Of a stretch of 64,000 nucleotides of DNA, positions 25,682 through 39,487 are shown piece by piece. Source of the DNA: Chiloscyllium plagiosum. Lineage: Eukaryota. The stretch spans positions 33,904,967-33,968,966 of the forward strand of contig NC_057718.1 of assembly GCF_004010195.1 (NCBI RefSeq). The letters run 5' to 3'. The notes beneath the pieces are model-generated. The model had not been told where the DNA came from. It saw only the letters and a list, made by a program, of their open reading frames with translations, and ran no database searches. The position numbers and the translations under genes are program-made. The first letter of the stretch is position 1. The number at the start of each line of letters is the position of its first letter.

Positions 25682-26114
25682 CAGAAAACTTTGTTTAACT
25701 AGTACCTTATGAACTGGCCCTCTTGATAAACCAGCAAAAATTATATACCTCAAATACTACAATGTTTACTGTATTATTCTGTACAATTATTATAGTTTTA
25801 AAATTTTATTTACCTCAAATATACTTGTTCAATCGAATGGCCACGTGAATATCAACAGTTGATTCAATTTCTTGTTAAATACTGCGGTGTTCAAGTTGTC
25901 AGTTGAAGGCGCGAGTGAGAAGGCTGCCTGCCAGTAAATTTTATTTAAGGCAAAGTTACACTATTATTTAAGTGATGTATATACCTTTTGGATTATGTTT
26001 TTATTACTTAGTGTGTGTTTTTACATTGCTTACGTGGAGCTCTTAATTACCCAGAATATTTGAATAGTCAGCGTACCCCTGGTCCCATAGTGCCGGTGCA
26101 TTCAAAGTTTACTG
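25682..26114. mobile_element. Tc1/mariner (Tigger/pogo-like) MITE
   Basis: Termini CAGAAAACTTTG and CAAAGTTTACTG (11/12 inverted match), flanked by TA on both sides. Confidence 0.6.
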
Positions 26115-26389
26115 TACCAAGTTTGTCACCAAAATGTACAACTATTTTTAGGTACTGTAAGGCCATTCCTGGATAACAGTATTTTGCAACTCTTGTAGGT
26201 GTTCACCTTCAGCAGTTGCCAATTGTAACTGTTCGTCCTAGGCTGTGACCAAAGTATATCAGTTCAACCTTGAAAATATCTTCAACTGATTTGATTCCAC
26301 TAGTTGTTGTCTCTCCACAACAATGTGCACCATTTCAATCTCTTGACTATACTGAATTCTGTACATATTGGTAGTCCTGCCTTTGCTGA

Positions 26390-27100
26390 ATCAGAGAATT
26401 TTACAGTACAGAAGGAGGCCATTCGACCCATCGTGTCTGTACCAACTGTTGAAAGATCTACCCAGCTAGTTCCATTCTCCAGCCCTATCTCCATAACCCT
26501 CTAAATTCATCACTTTCAAATATCTATACAGTTCTCTTTTGAAACTTTGTATGGAATTTGCCTCCACCACTCTCCCAGGAAATGCATTCCAAATCTTAAG
26601 AACTCTCTGAGTAAAGATGTCTCTCTTTATTTCACTTTTAGCTGTTTTGCTGACAATCTTGAAATTGTGACTTCTAACATAACAACTAGCAGAAACAGAA
26701 TATCCTTCTTTACCCGGTCAAGGATGTTGAGAATTTTGAACACCTCCATAAAGTCAACTCTTAATCTTCTCAACTCCAAGGAGATTAAGCCAATTTCTCT
26801 AATCTTTCCTTGTATCTAAAATCACTCATTTATGGTATCATTCTAGTAATTCTGTCTCTGGGGCTTTAACATCCTTCCTTAAAGAAGGTGCCCAGAACTG
26901 CACACATTACTTCAAACATAGTTTGACCAGTGATTTATAGAGGTGTAGCATTATTTCCTTGCTTTTGTACTGTATACCTCTATTTATAAACCAAGGATTC
27001 TAAACGCCATTTTAATAATTGTTTCAACTTACATGGCCAGCTTCTAAGAAACATGCACGTGAACCCTGAGGCTCCTCTGCTCCTTCACTCACCTCAAATT
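26390..27100 (-). mobile_element. Old CR1 3' fragment
   Basis: Tail ACAGTACAGAAGGAGGCCATTCG and degenerate RT sequence (GGTGCCCAGAACTGCACA). Confidence 0.7.
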
Positions 27101-27629
27101 TGCACCAGTATTCCAACAGGTAAAAGCTTTCAGGAAGCTGGGCTTACCTATTGGCACGTGTGACAATGTGCTTCTACTAGTTCATACAATTGATAATCTG
27201 TTAAACGCTTGAGACAGTTTTATGGTAGATTCTACCCTAATGTGCCCCTGGCCTAGAGACATGTCTTCAAGGATGCATTTGGTAATACGCTGGCACCAAG
27301 TTCTGCCTAAATTTTTCCTTTCAAGATGTACCATCCTATCTTTTCAAGACAAATGGTGTTAATGGTTAGAAATGCTTCTGATCACCTTACACCATTGGCA
27401 TGAGTCTAAGGTTAACAATATGGAAAGATTAATCATCTTCTGAAATTAAACTTTTCCTTGGTTTATTCTGAACCTTATTGGTGCACTTGCCTTTCTTCAC
27501 AAACTTAACACTTATCAGTGCTATGATCATTTACTTTCTTGCTGGTCACCTGTGTTTTATTTTGGGTCTGACCTGGCCTTTGGAAACACGTTTCTTGCAA
27601 GTGTGCCCAGTGTCCTTTGATGCCACATA

Positions 27630-28145
27630 CAGTCAGAATTATGCAACACGGAAACACACCCTTCAGTCCTTCACACACTTGTCCATGCCGACCAGATATC
27701 CTAACCAAATCTAGTCCCATGTGCCAGTATTTGTCCCATATCCCTATAAACCCTTCCTATTCATGTACCCATCCAGATCCTTTTAAATGTTGTAATTGTA
27801 CCCATCTCCATCACTTCCCTTAGCAGCTCATTCCATACACACTATGTGAAAAAGTTGCCCCTCAGGTCCCTTTTAAATCTTTCTCCTCTCACCTTAAACT
27901 ATGCCTCCTACTTTTGGACTTCCCTATCCTGGAAAAACATCTTGGCTATTCGTCCTATTCATGATTTTATAAACCTCTATAAGGTCACCCCTCAGCCTGT
28001 GACGCTCCAGGAAAAATAGTGCCAGTGTATTCAGCCTCTCCCTATAGCTCAAACCCTCCAACTCTGGCAACATCCTTGTAAATCTTCTCTGAATCCTTTC
28101 TAGTTTAACAACATCTTTCCCTATAGCAGGGAGACCAGAATTGGA
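27630..28145 (-). mobile_element. CR1 3' fragment
   Basis: Reverse-complement match to the 6681-7178 family. Confidence 0.8.
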
Positions 28146-28146
28146 A

Positions 28147-28345
28147 CAGAGGAACCTCGATTATCTAAATGAGAGGGGTGGGCACTATTTCATTCGGATA
28201 ATTGATTATTCAGTTAATTGATTCAATACCTTTCCTCTGAGGCTCGGAGTTTTCTATTAAGTCTGCTCCCTGTTCAGGAGATTAGGCAGCATCACATGGC
28301 ACGCGAGCCTCCACCCCCTCCCCCCCCCACCCCAAACTCAGATCA
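28147..28345. mobile_element. Tigger/pogo-like transposon end fragment
   Basis: CAGAGGAACCTCGATTATC terminal motif plus an internal TTCGGATAAT subterminal repeat. The other end was not found. Confidence 0.5.
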
Positions 28346-28547
28346 GCAAATGGGCCCACATGCTTTGCAGAAATTATGAAAAAGTGTATAACTCTATTTG
28401 TGCTAAATTTTAGCGAGTTTTGAGAATATTTATATAGATTGTTTCACACGCTTTGTTGGCCATAGCAATCACATTGGTTGTGCGTAATGCATGTAATTAT
28501 TGTTGGCCTGAGACTGAGGCTTCATACTTGTGTTAAGTGGTGTTAAG

Positions 28548-28831
28548 TTGCCTCACAGCACCAGAGACCCGGGTTCAATTCTCCGCCTCAGACGACTGAC
28601 TGTGTGGAGTTTGCACATTCTCCCCGTGTCTGCGTGGGTTTCCTCCGGGTGCTCCAGTTTCCTCCCACAGTCCAAAGATGTGCAGGTTAGGTGAATTGGC
28701 CATGCTAAATTGCCCATAGTGTTAGGTATAGAAGTAAATGTAGGGATATGGGTGCGTTGTGCTTCGGCGGGTCGGTGTGGACTTGTTGGGCCGAAGGGCC
28801 TGTTTCCACACTGTAATGTAATCAAATCTAA
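28548..28831 (+). mobile_element. HE1-type V-SINE
   Basis: B-box GGTTCAATT, V-domain, and TAATC(A/T)A tail. Confidence 0.88.
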
Positions 28832-30804
28832 TAAAAGTAATGCATCAATGATATTGTCCTTTGAGTTGTCTAGAAGATCTTTTCTGGAGGTTATAATTGT
28901 TGTACAGATGATTACTACTTCAATATGCCTAACTGAGAGGTTTTCTTTGGAAAGGTCATACTCATGACCTTTGCTGCAGCATCTTCTGACAACCCATTAA
29001 TTAGCTCTTGAGTTCCTAAGTGTATGACATAATTTGGAGTTGATTAATCCTCAAGCTAAGTCTTACCTCAAATTGGTTTTCAGTAACTTCCAAATCCTTT
29101 TTGGATCTTTCTGATCATTAATGGAAAGATCAGATTATTATTTTCTATGAAGTTCCTCCTTATTGATGACCAGCATTTTTCCTCATCTTATGACTTGAAC
29201 TGCAAAATAAAATTACATGAGTTGTTTGTACAGTTGTAATTCAGTAATGTTAACATTGGCTGTCCAGTCCATAATTGATTGTTTGCCTTCCATTTTTTAT
29301 TGAATGTATTTGTTTTTAAAAGAAGTGGAATGCAAAGCATTGTTTGTTTATTGCTTTTCTCTCCAATTTTTACTTTTTCTGCCTCAGTTTCCCTTGTTGG
29401 CGCTCCTGTTTTGGACTTCGTCAATTTAAACCTATTCCTTTAAGAAATACAGGTTTACAGCAGTAGGCTCTCCCTTTAGGTGGCGTTTGCACTAAATAAA
29501 CAATTACTATGATTCATGGGTTTACATATACTTGGTTTCAATTTGAAGGTACAAAATAGTGAAAAGAACCAGCCTTTACATACTATTAATCCTTCTGAAA
29601 TAAAAAGTGTTTCTTTAGCTGTATTTCTTTCAGAAGAGCTTAATAGCTGTGTGATGGGGAGAACTTGACGGTCTTTTTTTAAAAATTGTAAATGCAGGCA
29701 CTAGGTTTTGTTTTGAAGAGAGAAGGGTTTTCTTTCTTGGAAAAAACAATTTTAACAACAAAGAAAGGAGCTTTGTATTGTAGCTGTTCAGTGCCCAGTC
29801 TACAGGTATTTAGTCTTCCTACCTTTTACACTTCAAAAAGGGCAACGGGCTACAGCATCTAAAACAGCAACAGTATTTATTTAAGAGATGTTTACAAGGA
29901 AGCAAACTGGGCTGAACTATTTCCTTCCAAACTGGCTGATGACATCATTATCATATCATGTGATTGAACTCTTAAAGTGACAGTCCAACATACACAACAA
30001 CACACCCCAAAAAACATCTACACTACAGGCTCTATGATTCTGGAACTCTGGTGTTTTTCCTTTGGCAGACACAGTTCCCATGTAGCAGTGCTGACCACAA
30101 GAATTTCCAGGATGTGATTAGCTGGTAACACTCAGTAGACAAGATTTTCACCCTGGAGAAATGGAGGCAATGTTGATTCCAGAGGAAGGCATAGCCACTT
30201 TGAGTTCTTTTTGGTTAGGCAGGCCTTCAGTAAAACACAGCCCAAATTTCTCACCAGTTCTCCAATGGCAGGCAAGTCCTCCAAAACATCAATAAGTTTC
30301 CACTCAGAATGGCTGCATTATATTTTGCAAACAAATCAGAAATGCAAAATTCTTTTTCCAGGTTTTTAACTACTATTTTAATTTAAGTTCAGACTGAATG
30401 TTCATTTTGCCATTGGAAGCCATAACAAGAAGCTTGCATAAAAAGCTATAAGTAGTTTTACTATTTGCAATAACATTGTACTAACAACACACATTACTTT
30501 CGAAGAGTTTTTTTAAGTTTCTGCATCAATGTCTTAATGTCCAGGATAAAAAATTCAAATTTCCATTGATTGTCGCTGTTTCTGTAAGTAAAAATAGTTT
30601 GCAGAAGATTGTGGAGATCTCTTTGGGATTTGTACCCACTCCCTCCCAAAATGAAAGTACTTATTTAATAATTTAAATGTGATATTTTATGAATCATTAA
30701 GCTTGATGTGGTTGAATACTTTGATGTTGGGCTGAAGTCCATAGATTTGGCTTTGGAGTAATGAAACAGGGCTTCAGACTATAATCACTGTCACTTCCTG
30801 GCAG

Positions 30805-31070
30805 TTTAGATGAGATTAGATTACTTACAGTGTGGAAACAGGCCCTTCGGCCCAACAAGTCCACACCAACCCTCCGAAGATAAACCCACCCAGACCTGTT
30901 CCCCTATACTTACCCCTTCATCTAACACTACGGGCAATTTAGCATGGTCAATTCACCTAACCTGCACATTTTTGGACTGTGGGAAGAAACCGGAGCACCC
31001 GGAGGAAACCCACACAGACACTGGGAGAATGTACAAACTCCACACAGACAGTTGCCTGAGGCAGGAGTTG
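30805..31070 (-). mobile_element. HE1-type V-SINE (5' truncated)
   Basis: Reverse complement of the 28548 SINE body and tail. Confidence 0.85.
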
Positions 31071-33469
31071 GAAAAGTATTCCTATAAATATATTAACACA
31101 GAACATTTACCAAAATGTCAGAGACTAGACAAAGCTCCAGTCTTGAAAATTGTCCGAAGGAAAATTGAGATAATGCTACAAAGGCACAGTAGGAGTGGAA
31201 AGCAGCAGCAAGTATGCCATAATAACATGAACACAGAAAATTAAAGTCTAGCTAACATTTGTCACCTTAAAAGCAGTCCTGAACATAGATCTTCTGACCA
31301 GATGAAGAGAAGTAATTGGCTCAAAAACATAGGGAAATGGCTTAATATTTAAGCTGACTGTATTCCAAACAATTTACTATTAATATAGGTGACAACCAAA
31401 AAAAACAATGAAACCACAGTAAACCAGATTTTGTCACAATATATTATTTTAAAAATTACGTGTTTTCATGAATGTTGAAGATTGAGTTAATAGCACTTAG
31501 CTTCATGGGATATTCTCCACTCCTCTTTCACATACTTTCCAACACTGTAATGTGTGCTATTTTCTGCTTATTAAGACAAAAAAATCTTGCTTCTTCAATT
31601 GTTACTAGTGCTTACACACTTTTTATACAACTTCTTTTATTAGGAGTGTATTTCAGCTTGATATATTTCAGTTTGTAGAAATATATCTTTAATAATATCC
31701 ACCGCCAGTAACCCAATCAGCAGTCTATTCAGCATTCACAAAAGACAGTTTTGAGTATTTTATCTGGTTTCCATAGTAACCACAGGCGGATGGAAGCTTA
31801 ATTGGATTGAGGGCCTGCTGATTTATCTATACTACTCATTTCAAATGAGCATCATGTTATCCAGCTTAAAAAGAGAGTTAAGAGTGAATCAACATCATTG
31901 AAACAAACCTGTGAAACAGTCATACCAAAATCTTTGGTTAAATCGTGTTGCTGCTTCTTCATTAAACTTGGATTTTCTCCTTCCTAAGAACTCAGGAATT
32001 CAATTCCTGGCTGGAGGGCCATGTTCAACTTTCTTGACACACTGCTAATTAAAGCCCTTATGCCACTGGTTCATTTTACTTTGTTCGTGGCAGTATTCTC
32101 AACTGTTGATGGGGGAAAGTAACATGGTCGCCTTGCATTTTCCCAGTCCAGGACTGATTGGGAACACAGATGGAGAGGCAAGGATGTCTCCATCATTCAC
32201 TCACTCTGTCTCTCACATACACATCCCATATACATGCGCATCACACACACTGTCACTTGCTTTTCTGCAGTTGCAGTTTTTCAGTACTACTCTACAGCCA
32301 GCAGTTTTGTCACAATAGCTACTGGCCTTTCATTGGCCAGCACTTTAGGTAGGGCAAGATGTCACTGCTCCTGGAAGTAATTGACCAAGCAGCCCAACAG
32401 GTCACCATTTAAGTGTCTGATTGGCACCAACAGTTGGTCTGGATAGTTCTGCCTTGCTCATAAAGATGCCCACCTCCCAAGCCTTTAAAAAACAAAGGAA
32501 AATCCTTGTCTTAGCTTTTTAAAAACTTTAAAACACTTAAAACTAATGGATACTAAATTAACTGTGTAAGAGTCTATTGTCTTAACAGAGAAATTGACTG
32601 TTTAAATTAATTAAGTAATAGCATCAAGAGTGAATGCTTATGTTTCTTACTGTTTATCAGACTTTGTTTCTTATACAGGAAATTGAAATTACATTATGCA
32701 CTGCAGTTATTGAAGATATTTAAAATTCAGAGAAACATGGTTTGCGTCAATAGTCTTACCAGTAGACCAGGGTGAGGTTATTATACTTCATTATACTCTG
32801 ATTTATTAATGTCACTTTTCATATTTTTGACTGCTTTGATTTGGACGGTGAGGACACTTTTTCTCCAGCTGTTGCACAGTAACAAAACAACTATTAACAC
32901 AAGCACAAACAAACTTAACACAGCTTTTCAGGGAGCAGAACATGAGTGTATGTTGCATCTCATCCATAAATAGACAAAAATGTAAATCATGCTTGTAGAT
33001 ATTATGAAATCCTTAATACAGATGTTTCATTAAGAATTTTTAAGTGAAGTAAAATTCATCTCCATTCCCTATTTTAATTCAAAATAATTACAATTTATCA
33101 TCCTTGAACCTACCTGTGTAATTCTTTGTCATCCTGTCCTTCCTTCGAACTGTAATTAGATTGGTTGATCCAGACATCCTTTAATCCCATAAAAGAAAGA
33201 TGTACTGTGTAATGCAAGCAAACTAGTTGGTTGAAATGCTGATTTCAATTCAAAATGATGACAATTGGTCTGTGTTCAAATTTCAGAGACCATCTCAAAC
33301 TATTAACTGATTGACTGAAACATTATTTTATAATGAGGTTTCACAAAAGCCACTAAGTAACAGGATGTTAAACTACGTAGGGGTGCTGAAGGGCAGCCAA
33401 AATAGTAATTGATTGAGGTAATGTAACAATGGTTCAAGAATGGCACATCATTGGCTGAATGTCTACAGT

Positions 33470-35765
33470 GTCACCAGCATAGGTCTGAAATCCAGGGATT
33501 CCATAAATTTGAGAAACTAAAGAAGTACCAGAGGATTTAAAACTAATGTGACACCACTATTCAAAAAGAGGGGTTTGGCAAACACCATAGGCTCGTTAGC
33601 CTAATTTCCAATTGTTGGTAAAATATCGTAATCAATTATTAAGAAAGTAATGGCAGAATATTTTGCACCAATTATATTTAAACCAAGCAGAATTAGCATG
33701 GGCTTCATGAGAGGGAAGTAGCGTCTCATTAACTTTGGAAGTCTCAAATAGGTTGAATAGAGGGAAATCAGGAGGTGTATTATGTTTTAACTTCCAGAAG
33801 AAGTTCAACAAGTTGCCACGGTGTTGAATCTGGTTATTGGTATGGATAAAGAATTGGCTAACAGTTAGGAAACAGTGAATGGGGCTAAGGGTTTCTTATT
33901 CTGGTTTGTGACCTGTCACCAGTGGGGTTCCACAGGGATCAATGCTGGGACCACAACTGTTTGCAGTATATATCAATGACTTGGAGGAAGGAAGCAAATG
34001 CATTATAGTCAAATTTGCAGACAACACAAAAACAGGTAGTTTGCGAGAGAAATTCAGATAGTTTAGGGAGAGATATTAGTTGGTTAAGTGAGGAGATAAA
34101 ACACTGGCAAATGGAATATAATGTGGGACAATAATGAGTTTATTTTAGAAGGAAGAAGAAAGAACAGAAAAGTATTTAAATGGAGAAAAACTGCAGAAAG
34201 CTGCAACACAAAAGGACTTAGGGTTACTTGTGCAAGCACAAAAGTGCAGGAAGTAATCATGAAAGCTAATGGGAAAATGTCTCTTATTTCAAAGGGGTTC
34301 ATTGAGGTTTACAGCATGGAAAAGACCCTTCATCCAAATCATCCATGCTGACCAGATATCCTAAATTAATCTAGTCCCACCTTCCAGCACCCGGCCCATA
34401 TCCTTCCAAATGCTTCCTATTCATATAACCATCCAGGTGCCTTTTAAATATTGCAACTGTATCCGCCTTCACCACTTCACCTGGCAGTTCATTCCATACA
34501 CGTACCACCCTCTTGAAAAGGTTGCCCCTTAGGTCTCTTTTATATCTTTCCCCTCTCACCCTAAACCTATGCCCTCTAGTTTTGGACTCTCCCACCCCAG
34601 GGAAGAGGCTTTGTCTATTTATCCTATCCATGCCCCTCATGATGTTGTAAACCTCTATAAGGTCTCCCCTCAGCCTCTGACGCTTCAGGGAAAACAGCCC
34701 CAGCCTGTTCAGCCTCTCCTTATAGCTCAAATCCTCCAACCCCGGCAGCATCCTTGTAAATCTTTTCTGAACCCTTTCAAGTTTCACAACATCTTTCCCG
34801 ATAGGAACGAGACCAGAATTGCATGCAATATTCCAACAGTGGCCGAATCAATGTCCTGTACAGCCGCAACATGACCTCCCAACTCCAGTACTCAATATAG
34901 GAAAGCATACCAAAGCCTTCTTCACTATCCTATCTACCTGTGACTCCACTTTCAATGAGCTATGAACCTGCACGCCAAAGTCTCTTTGTTCAGTAACACT
35001 CCCTAGGACCTTACCATTAAGTGTATAAGTCCTGCTACTCCTCAGGACCTTACCATTAAGTTTATAAGTCTTGCCCTGATTTGCCTTTCCAAAATGCAAC
35101 ACTTCACATTTACATAAATTAAACTCCAACTGCTACTCCTTGGCCCATCTAATCAAGGTCCTGTAGCACTCTGAAATAATTTTCGCTGCCTACTACACCT
35201 CCAATTTTGGTGTCATCTGCAAACTTACTAACTATACTTGAAGTATACGAGTAGAGAAGTTTTACTGTAACTGTACAAGGTATTGGTGAGACGACTTCTA
35301 TTCCTGTGTGTGCAGTTTTGAACCATTTATTTAGGGAAAGACGTCATTTCATTGGAGGCAGTTCAGAGAAGTTTCACTTGGATGATCCCTGGTGAAGGAA
35401 TGTCTTATTAGCAAAGGCTAATCAGGTTAGGATTCTGCTCACTGGAGTTTAGAAGAATGAGAAGTGATCTCATTGAAACATATTGGCTTTTGCTGGTGCT
35501 TGACAAGGCAGATGCTGACATGATGTTTCCCCTCATGGACTAGTCTATGACCAGAGACATAGACCTGTGCCAATTTCAGTCTAAGATGAGGGATTTCTTC
35601 TGAGGGTTGGGGGTCTGAGGCTGAGATTGATAATCATTTGGGAATCAAGGATAATTGCAACAATGCAGAAGGTGGACATGAGGGATTTCAGATCACCTTT
35701 GATCCTATTGAATGGCAGAGCAGCCTCAAGGGGCTGAACGGCCTACTCCTGTTCCTATTTCTTGT
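33470..35765 (+). mobile_element. Old CR1 RT and 3' region, split by a nested CR1
   Basis: Degenerate RT ([25 protein letters not shown]). Resumes at 35238 and ends in the GGGGCTGAACGGCCTACTCCTG tail. Confidence 0.8.
34300..35237 (-). mobile_element. Younger CR1 nested in an older CR1
   Basis: ORFs 34371-34787 and 34848-35129 encode the CR1 RT C-terminus. Internal ~39-bp tandem duplication near 35004-35075. Confidence 0.88.
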
Positions 35766-35987
35766 GGTCTTCTTTACTCGCAACAAAATGATGCAAATTT
35801 GCTTTAGACCGAGTAAGTGGAGTCTTATCTCCTTGTAGAGGTCAGTGTTGTCGATAAACAAACATTGGAGGTGATGCATTTAAGGACAGCTGAATTGATA
35901 TGTGAGATTGAGGTGTAAAAATGAGAAATGTGGATTCTTGAAAGGGTACGGTGATGCATTATCTTACTAATGGGAATAGGCTATTTT

Positions 35988-36303
35988 GATTAGATTACTT
36001 CCAGTATGGAAACAGGCCCTTCGGCCCAACAAGTCCACAACAACCCTCTGAAGAGCAACTCACACAGACCCATTCCCCTACATTTACCCCTTCACCTAAC
36101 ACTACGGGCAATTTAGCATGGCCAATTCACCTAACCTGCACATCTTTGGACTGTGGGAGGAAACCGGAGCACCTGGAGAAAACCCACGCAGACACACGGA
36201 GAATGTGCAAACTCCACACAGACAGTTGCCCGAAGCAGGAATTGAACCCAGGACTCTGGCGCTGAGAGGCAGCAGTGCTAACCACTGTGCCACCATGCCG
36301 CCC
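35988..36303 (-). mobile_element. Full-length HE1-type V-SINE
   Basis: On the minus strand: A-box TGGCACAGTGG, B-box GGTTCAATTCC, V-domain and tail. Confidence 0.9.
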
Positions 36304-37239
36304 AGATATCACCACTCAGACCTGCTCTTCCATTGAACTTGATCATGGCTCATTTATATCTCAATGTCACTAAGCCACCTTTACTCCATATTCAATAATG
36401 CCATAATCTGATAAAAGTCTACTAGTGTCTGGCTTGAAAGATCAAATTGACCTCGCATTCATAGCGGGGAGTGGAGAGTTGGAGAAGAGTTCCAGATTTC
36501 TACTATCCATTTAAAAGAGTACTACTTCATTTCAAACCCAGAAAACTTAACTCTAATTTTAAAGATCTTGGACAAGATCTTCCCTTTTAAGTTGGTAATT
36601 GATTCTTGGACTGTTCAATGACAGTGCATTCCTGCCACTTGGGTGGCTTTGCCTGCCCACCATACTTTCTCCTCTGTGAGGGTCCACAAATTCTGACTTG
36701 CCTAATTGGTCAGGTTAGAAAGTTTTCCTCCATCGATTGGCCTGCAAGAGTAGATGAGTGTGAGGGCACTTAATCTTTATTTGCTATCTCTTAAACCACA
36801 TCTCTCAGATTGCATATCCCTCATGGACCTGATGCCTTGCCAAAGCCCTCTGTGTCTCCTCTGCCTTCCTCATATTCAGCACCTTCACCCCCTTATGCCA
36901 GCCACTCAGTACATAGAAAAATTGTAACCTATGCAATAACATTTGAAAGTCTTTTGAGACATTTATGAAATAACCAAGATAAGCAAGCACTCATTCAAAA
37001 AACACTTCAAAACACAATTTTATGACCACTTAAGTAGATTATCAAGATAAATAAACACTTAGTCCCGTCAACATCTGTATCAATGATCTTTCCTTACCCA
37101 AATCCATGAATGGAGTTTGGAGCTCATCCAAGCATCCGGAATGAGATTCTGCCAAATTCTGAACTGAAACTATTGTAGAGGTTTACAACTCAAGGATGCA
37201 TAGTGGGACTTCATTACATAGGTGTATAAATAAAGCCTC

Positions 37240-37373
37240 TATTCCTGATGAAGGGCTTTTGCCCGAAACGTCGATTTTCCTGCTTCTCGGATGCTGCATG
37301 ACAGCTGTGCTTTTCCAGCACCACTCTAATCTAATGTCTCGTTTCCAGCATCTGCAGTCCTCACTTTTGCCTC
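37240..37373 (+). mobile_element. Penelope-like solo pLTR insertion (family A)
   Basis: Starts at the hammerhead and ends CAGTCCTCACTTTTGCCT. 16-bp duplication with 1 mismatch at 37224-37239 and 37374-37389. Confidence 0.8.
37241..37276 (+). ncRNA. Minimal type I hammerhead ribozyme motif (intact core, sense to THADA)
   Basis: ATTC-CTGATGA-A-GGGC(TTTT)GCCC-GAAA-CG-TC-GATT, identical to 19986-20021. Confidence 0.65.
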
Positions 37374-38137
37374 GTATGAATAAAGCCTCCAGATTTGAAT
37401 GCATTAAAATCTTTGCAGTCATTAAGAAACCTCAACCGTCTATTCACATTTAACATAGGGGTATCAGACCTCTGACCTAACTGAAAGGTTAAATCACAGG
37501 AGGTGCAGTCAAATCTGTATATTTCAGAACACTCTTTTCCATTGGAGAATGCACTATAATGCTTAGAACACTTCTCCACTTCCACAAAGATAGTCAATTT
37601 AATGAGCGTTTACCTTTTGAAAACAAAGCCCTGACATTAATCACTATTAAAACTTTTTAAGCAAACAGCATTACATTAAAAAAAGTAAAGTTATCATTAC
37701 CTTTGAATTTGCCTGTCAAAAGGTTCCTGACTCCATACTAGGATTACCCCATTTTATAAAATATCTCGAAACAGTCATGAACCACAGCACCTTCAGAAGC
37801 CGATCCAATTTCCTGAAATTTGTCAAGGTTCCTTGACAAATGTCCTTCACCATAATGGAGTAACAAGGATCAGCAGTACTACATATGGGTTCGTGATCCA
37901 CGCCTTTCCCAAACTGATCAGCAGAGACAGCAACAGGAAGCAGGATTTGATCTGCTTATATGGGATCCCATGCTCCTCTATTTTACTCTTCCCTTGTAGG
38001 TTTGTTTTCTGCTGGGACAGGAAAATCCAATCATCTCTTGTCATTGGTATATGTTTATATATTTGCAGGTCTAGTCAGCAGCCCCATTATGCAGATTTAT
38101 CACAAGGGATGTAATCCTCAGGACCTAATACGTTGGT

Positions 38138-38389
38138 TAAAAATCACACAACACCAGGTTATAGTCCAACGGTCTATCGTCCAACAGTCTATAGTCCAAC
38201 AGGTTTATTTGGAAGCAGTAGCTATCAGAGCACTGCTCCTTCATCAGGTGGTTGTGGAGAATAAGACTGTGAGACACAGAATTTATAGCAAAAGTTTACA
38301 GTCTGAGGTAACTGAAATTATATATTGAAAAATGCCTGAATTGTTTGTTAAGTCTCTCATCTTTTAAAATGACCATGTTGATTTCAAAT
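38138..38389 (-). mobile_element. Penelope-like 3' end (family B)
   Basis: Collinear with 10724-10950 with a mutated hammerhead. 14-bp duplication with 1 mismatch at 38124-38137 and 38390-38403. Internal triplication of a 15-mer. Confidence 0.8.
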
Positions 38390-38711
38390 CCTAATACATT
38401 GGTGGCAACCTGTCCTTTAGATGAATAATTTCTGTGTTTGCCCCTCTGTGTATCATCAAGAAGATCTAATAAACATCTTTCTGTGACTTGTTTTTATGTG
38501 CATCTGTTAACAGAATCCATAAACATGAAGACCATTGTTGATGGCCTACCCTTTATATAAACTAGATATAAACTAAATATTTGATATATTGTTATACATT
38601 TGTTTCCCTGATGTTTTGATTCTGAAATCAAGTTCGTTAGCTTCACTCTAATGTGCAAACAATTCATGGACTTCATTGTCACCAAGATTGAGTGTAATAA
38701 TCTGAACGCAT

Positions 38712-39043
38712 AGTGGGTCAGTGGTTAGCACTGCTGCCTCACAGCGTCAGGGACCTGGTTTTGATTCCAACCTCGGGTGACTATGTGGAGTTTGCACATT
38801 CTCCCCACATCTGCGTGGGTTTCCTTAGGTGCTATGGTTTCCTCCCACAGTCCAAAGATGTGCAGGTCAAGTGAATTGGCCATGCTAAGTTGTCTATAGC
38901 GTTCAGGCCTGTGTGGGTTAGGTCCATTAGTCAGGAGTAATTGTAGAGCAATAGAAAATGGGTTTGCCTGGGATACTCTTCGGAGGGTTGGTGTGGACTT
39001 GTTGGGCCGAAGGACCTGTTTCCACGCTGTAGGGATTCCATGA
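38712..39043 (+). mobile_element. HE1-type V-SINE
   Basis: tRNA-like head, V-domain and CR1-like tail. Confidence 0.85.
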
Positions 39044-39221
39044 ATTTAGCTACCTGTGCTGTTTTCTATTCCCTTTCCATTCTCACAAAGAAAAGCATAC
39101 AATGTGTTCCTTTGTCTTTGTCTGTACACAGTGACGTAGTTTTTCATACCTTTACTCTGATAGATGTGTAAAGAACTTAAACTTTTCTTCTGATTATTTC
39201 ATTTTAAAAGTGTATACTGAG

Positions 39222-39422
39222 GGGATTTAGTTAGTTGGATGGTTGGTTGGCAATGTAGAGTGACACCAACAGCAGGGGTTCAATTACTACACCGGCTGAG
39301 GTCGTCGTGAGGGACTGTCAACCACTTTCCTTGTCTGAAGTATAATGGCACTCAGGTTAAACTACCACCAGTTATCTATCTCACATGAGAGTGGCCCTCT
39401 GGCATTATGGTGATTTTACCTT
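39222..39422 (+). mobile_element. Old tRNA-derived SINE (different family)
   Basis: Degenerate A and B boxes (TAGTTAGTTGG..GGTTCAATT) followed by a CTCAGGTTAAACTACCACCAG core. Confidence 0.5.
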
Positions 39423-39487
39423 TTTTGCAGTTACAAAACGCCACTCTCCGTTTCCTGTATATCCTTTCTGTCCTGACATAAAGCCCA

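Noticed and set aside
36230..36303. tRNA gene
   Set aside because: The A and B boxes belong to a SINE head continuous with the V-domain and tail. No complete cloverleaf is evident.
37985..38140. Possible next THADA exon after a TTCCCTTGTAG acceptor
   Set aside because: The phase 1 translation (GLFSAGTGKSNHLL..) does not resemble the expected FAFCQVDASIAL region and runs into a Penelope insertion.
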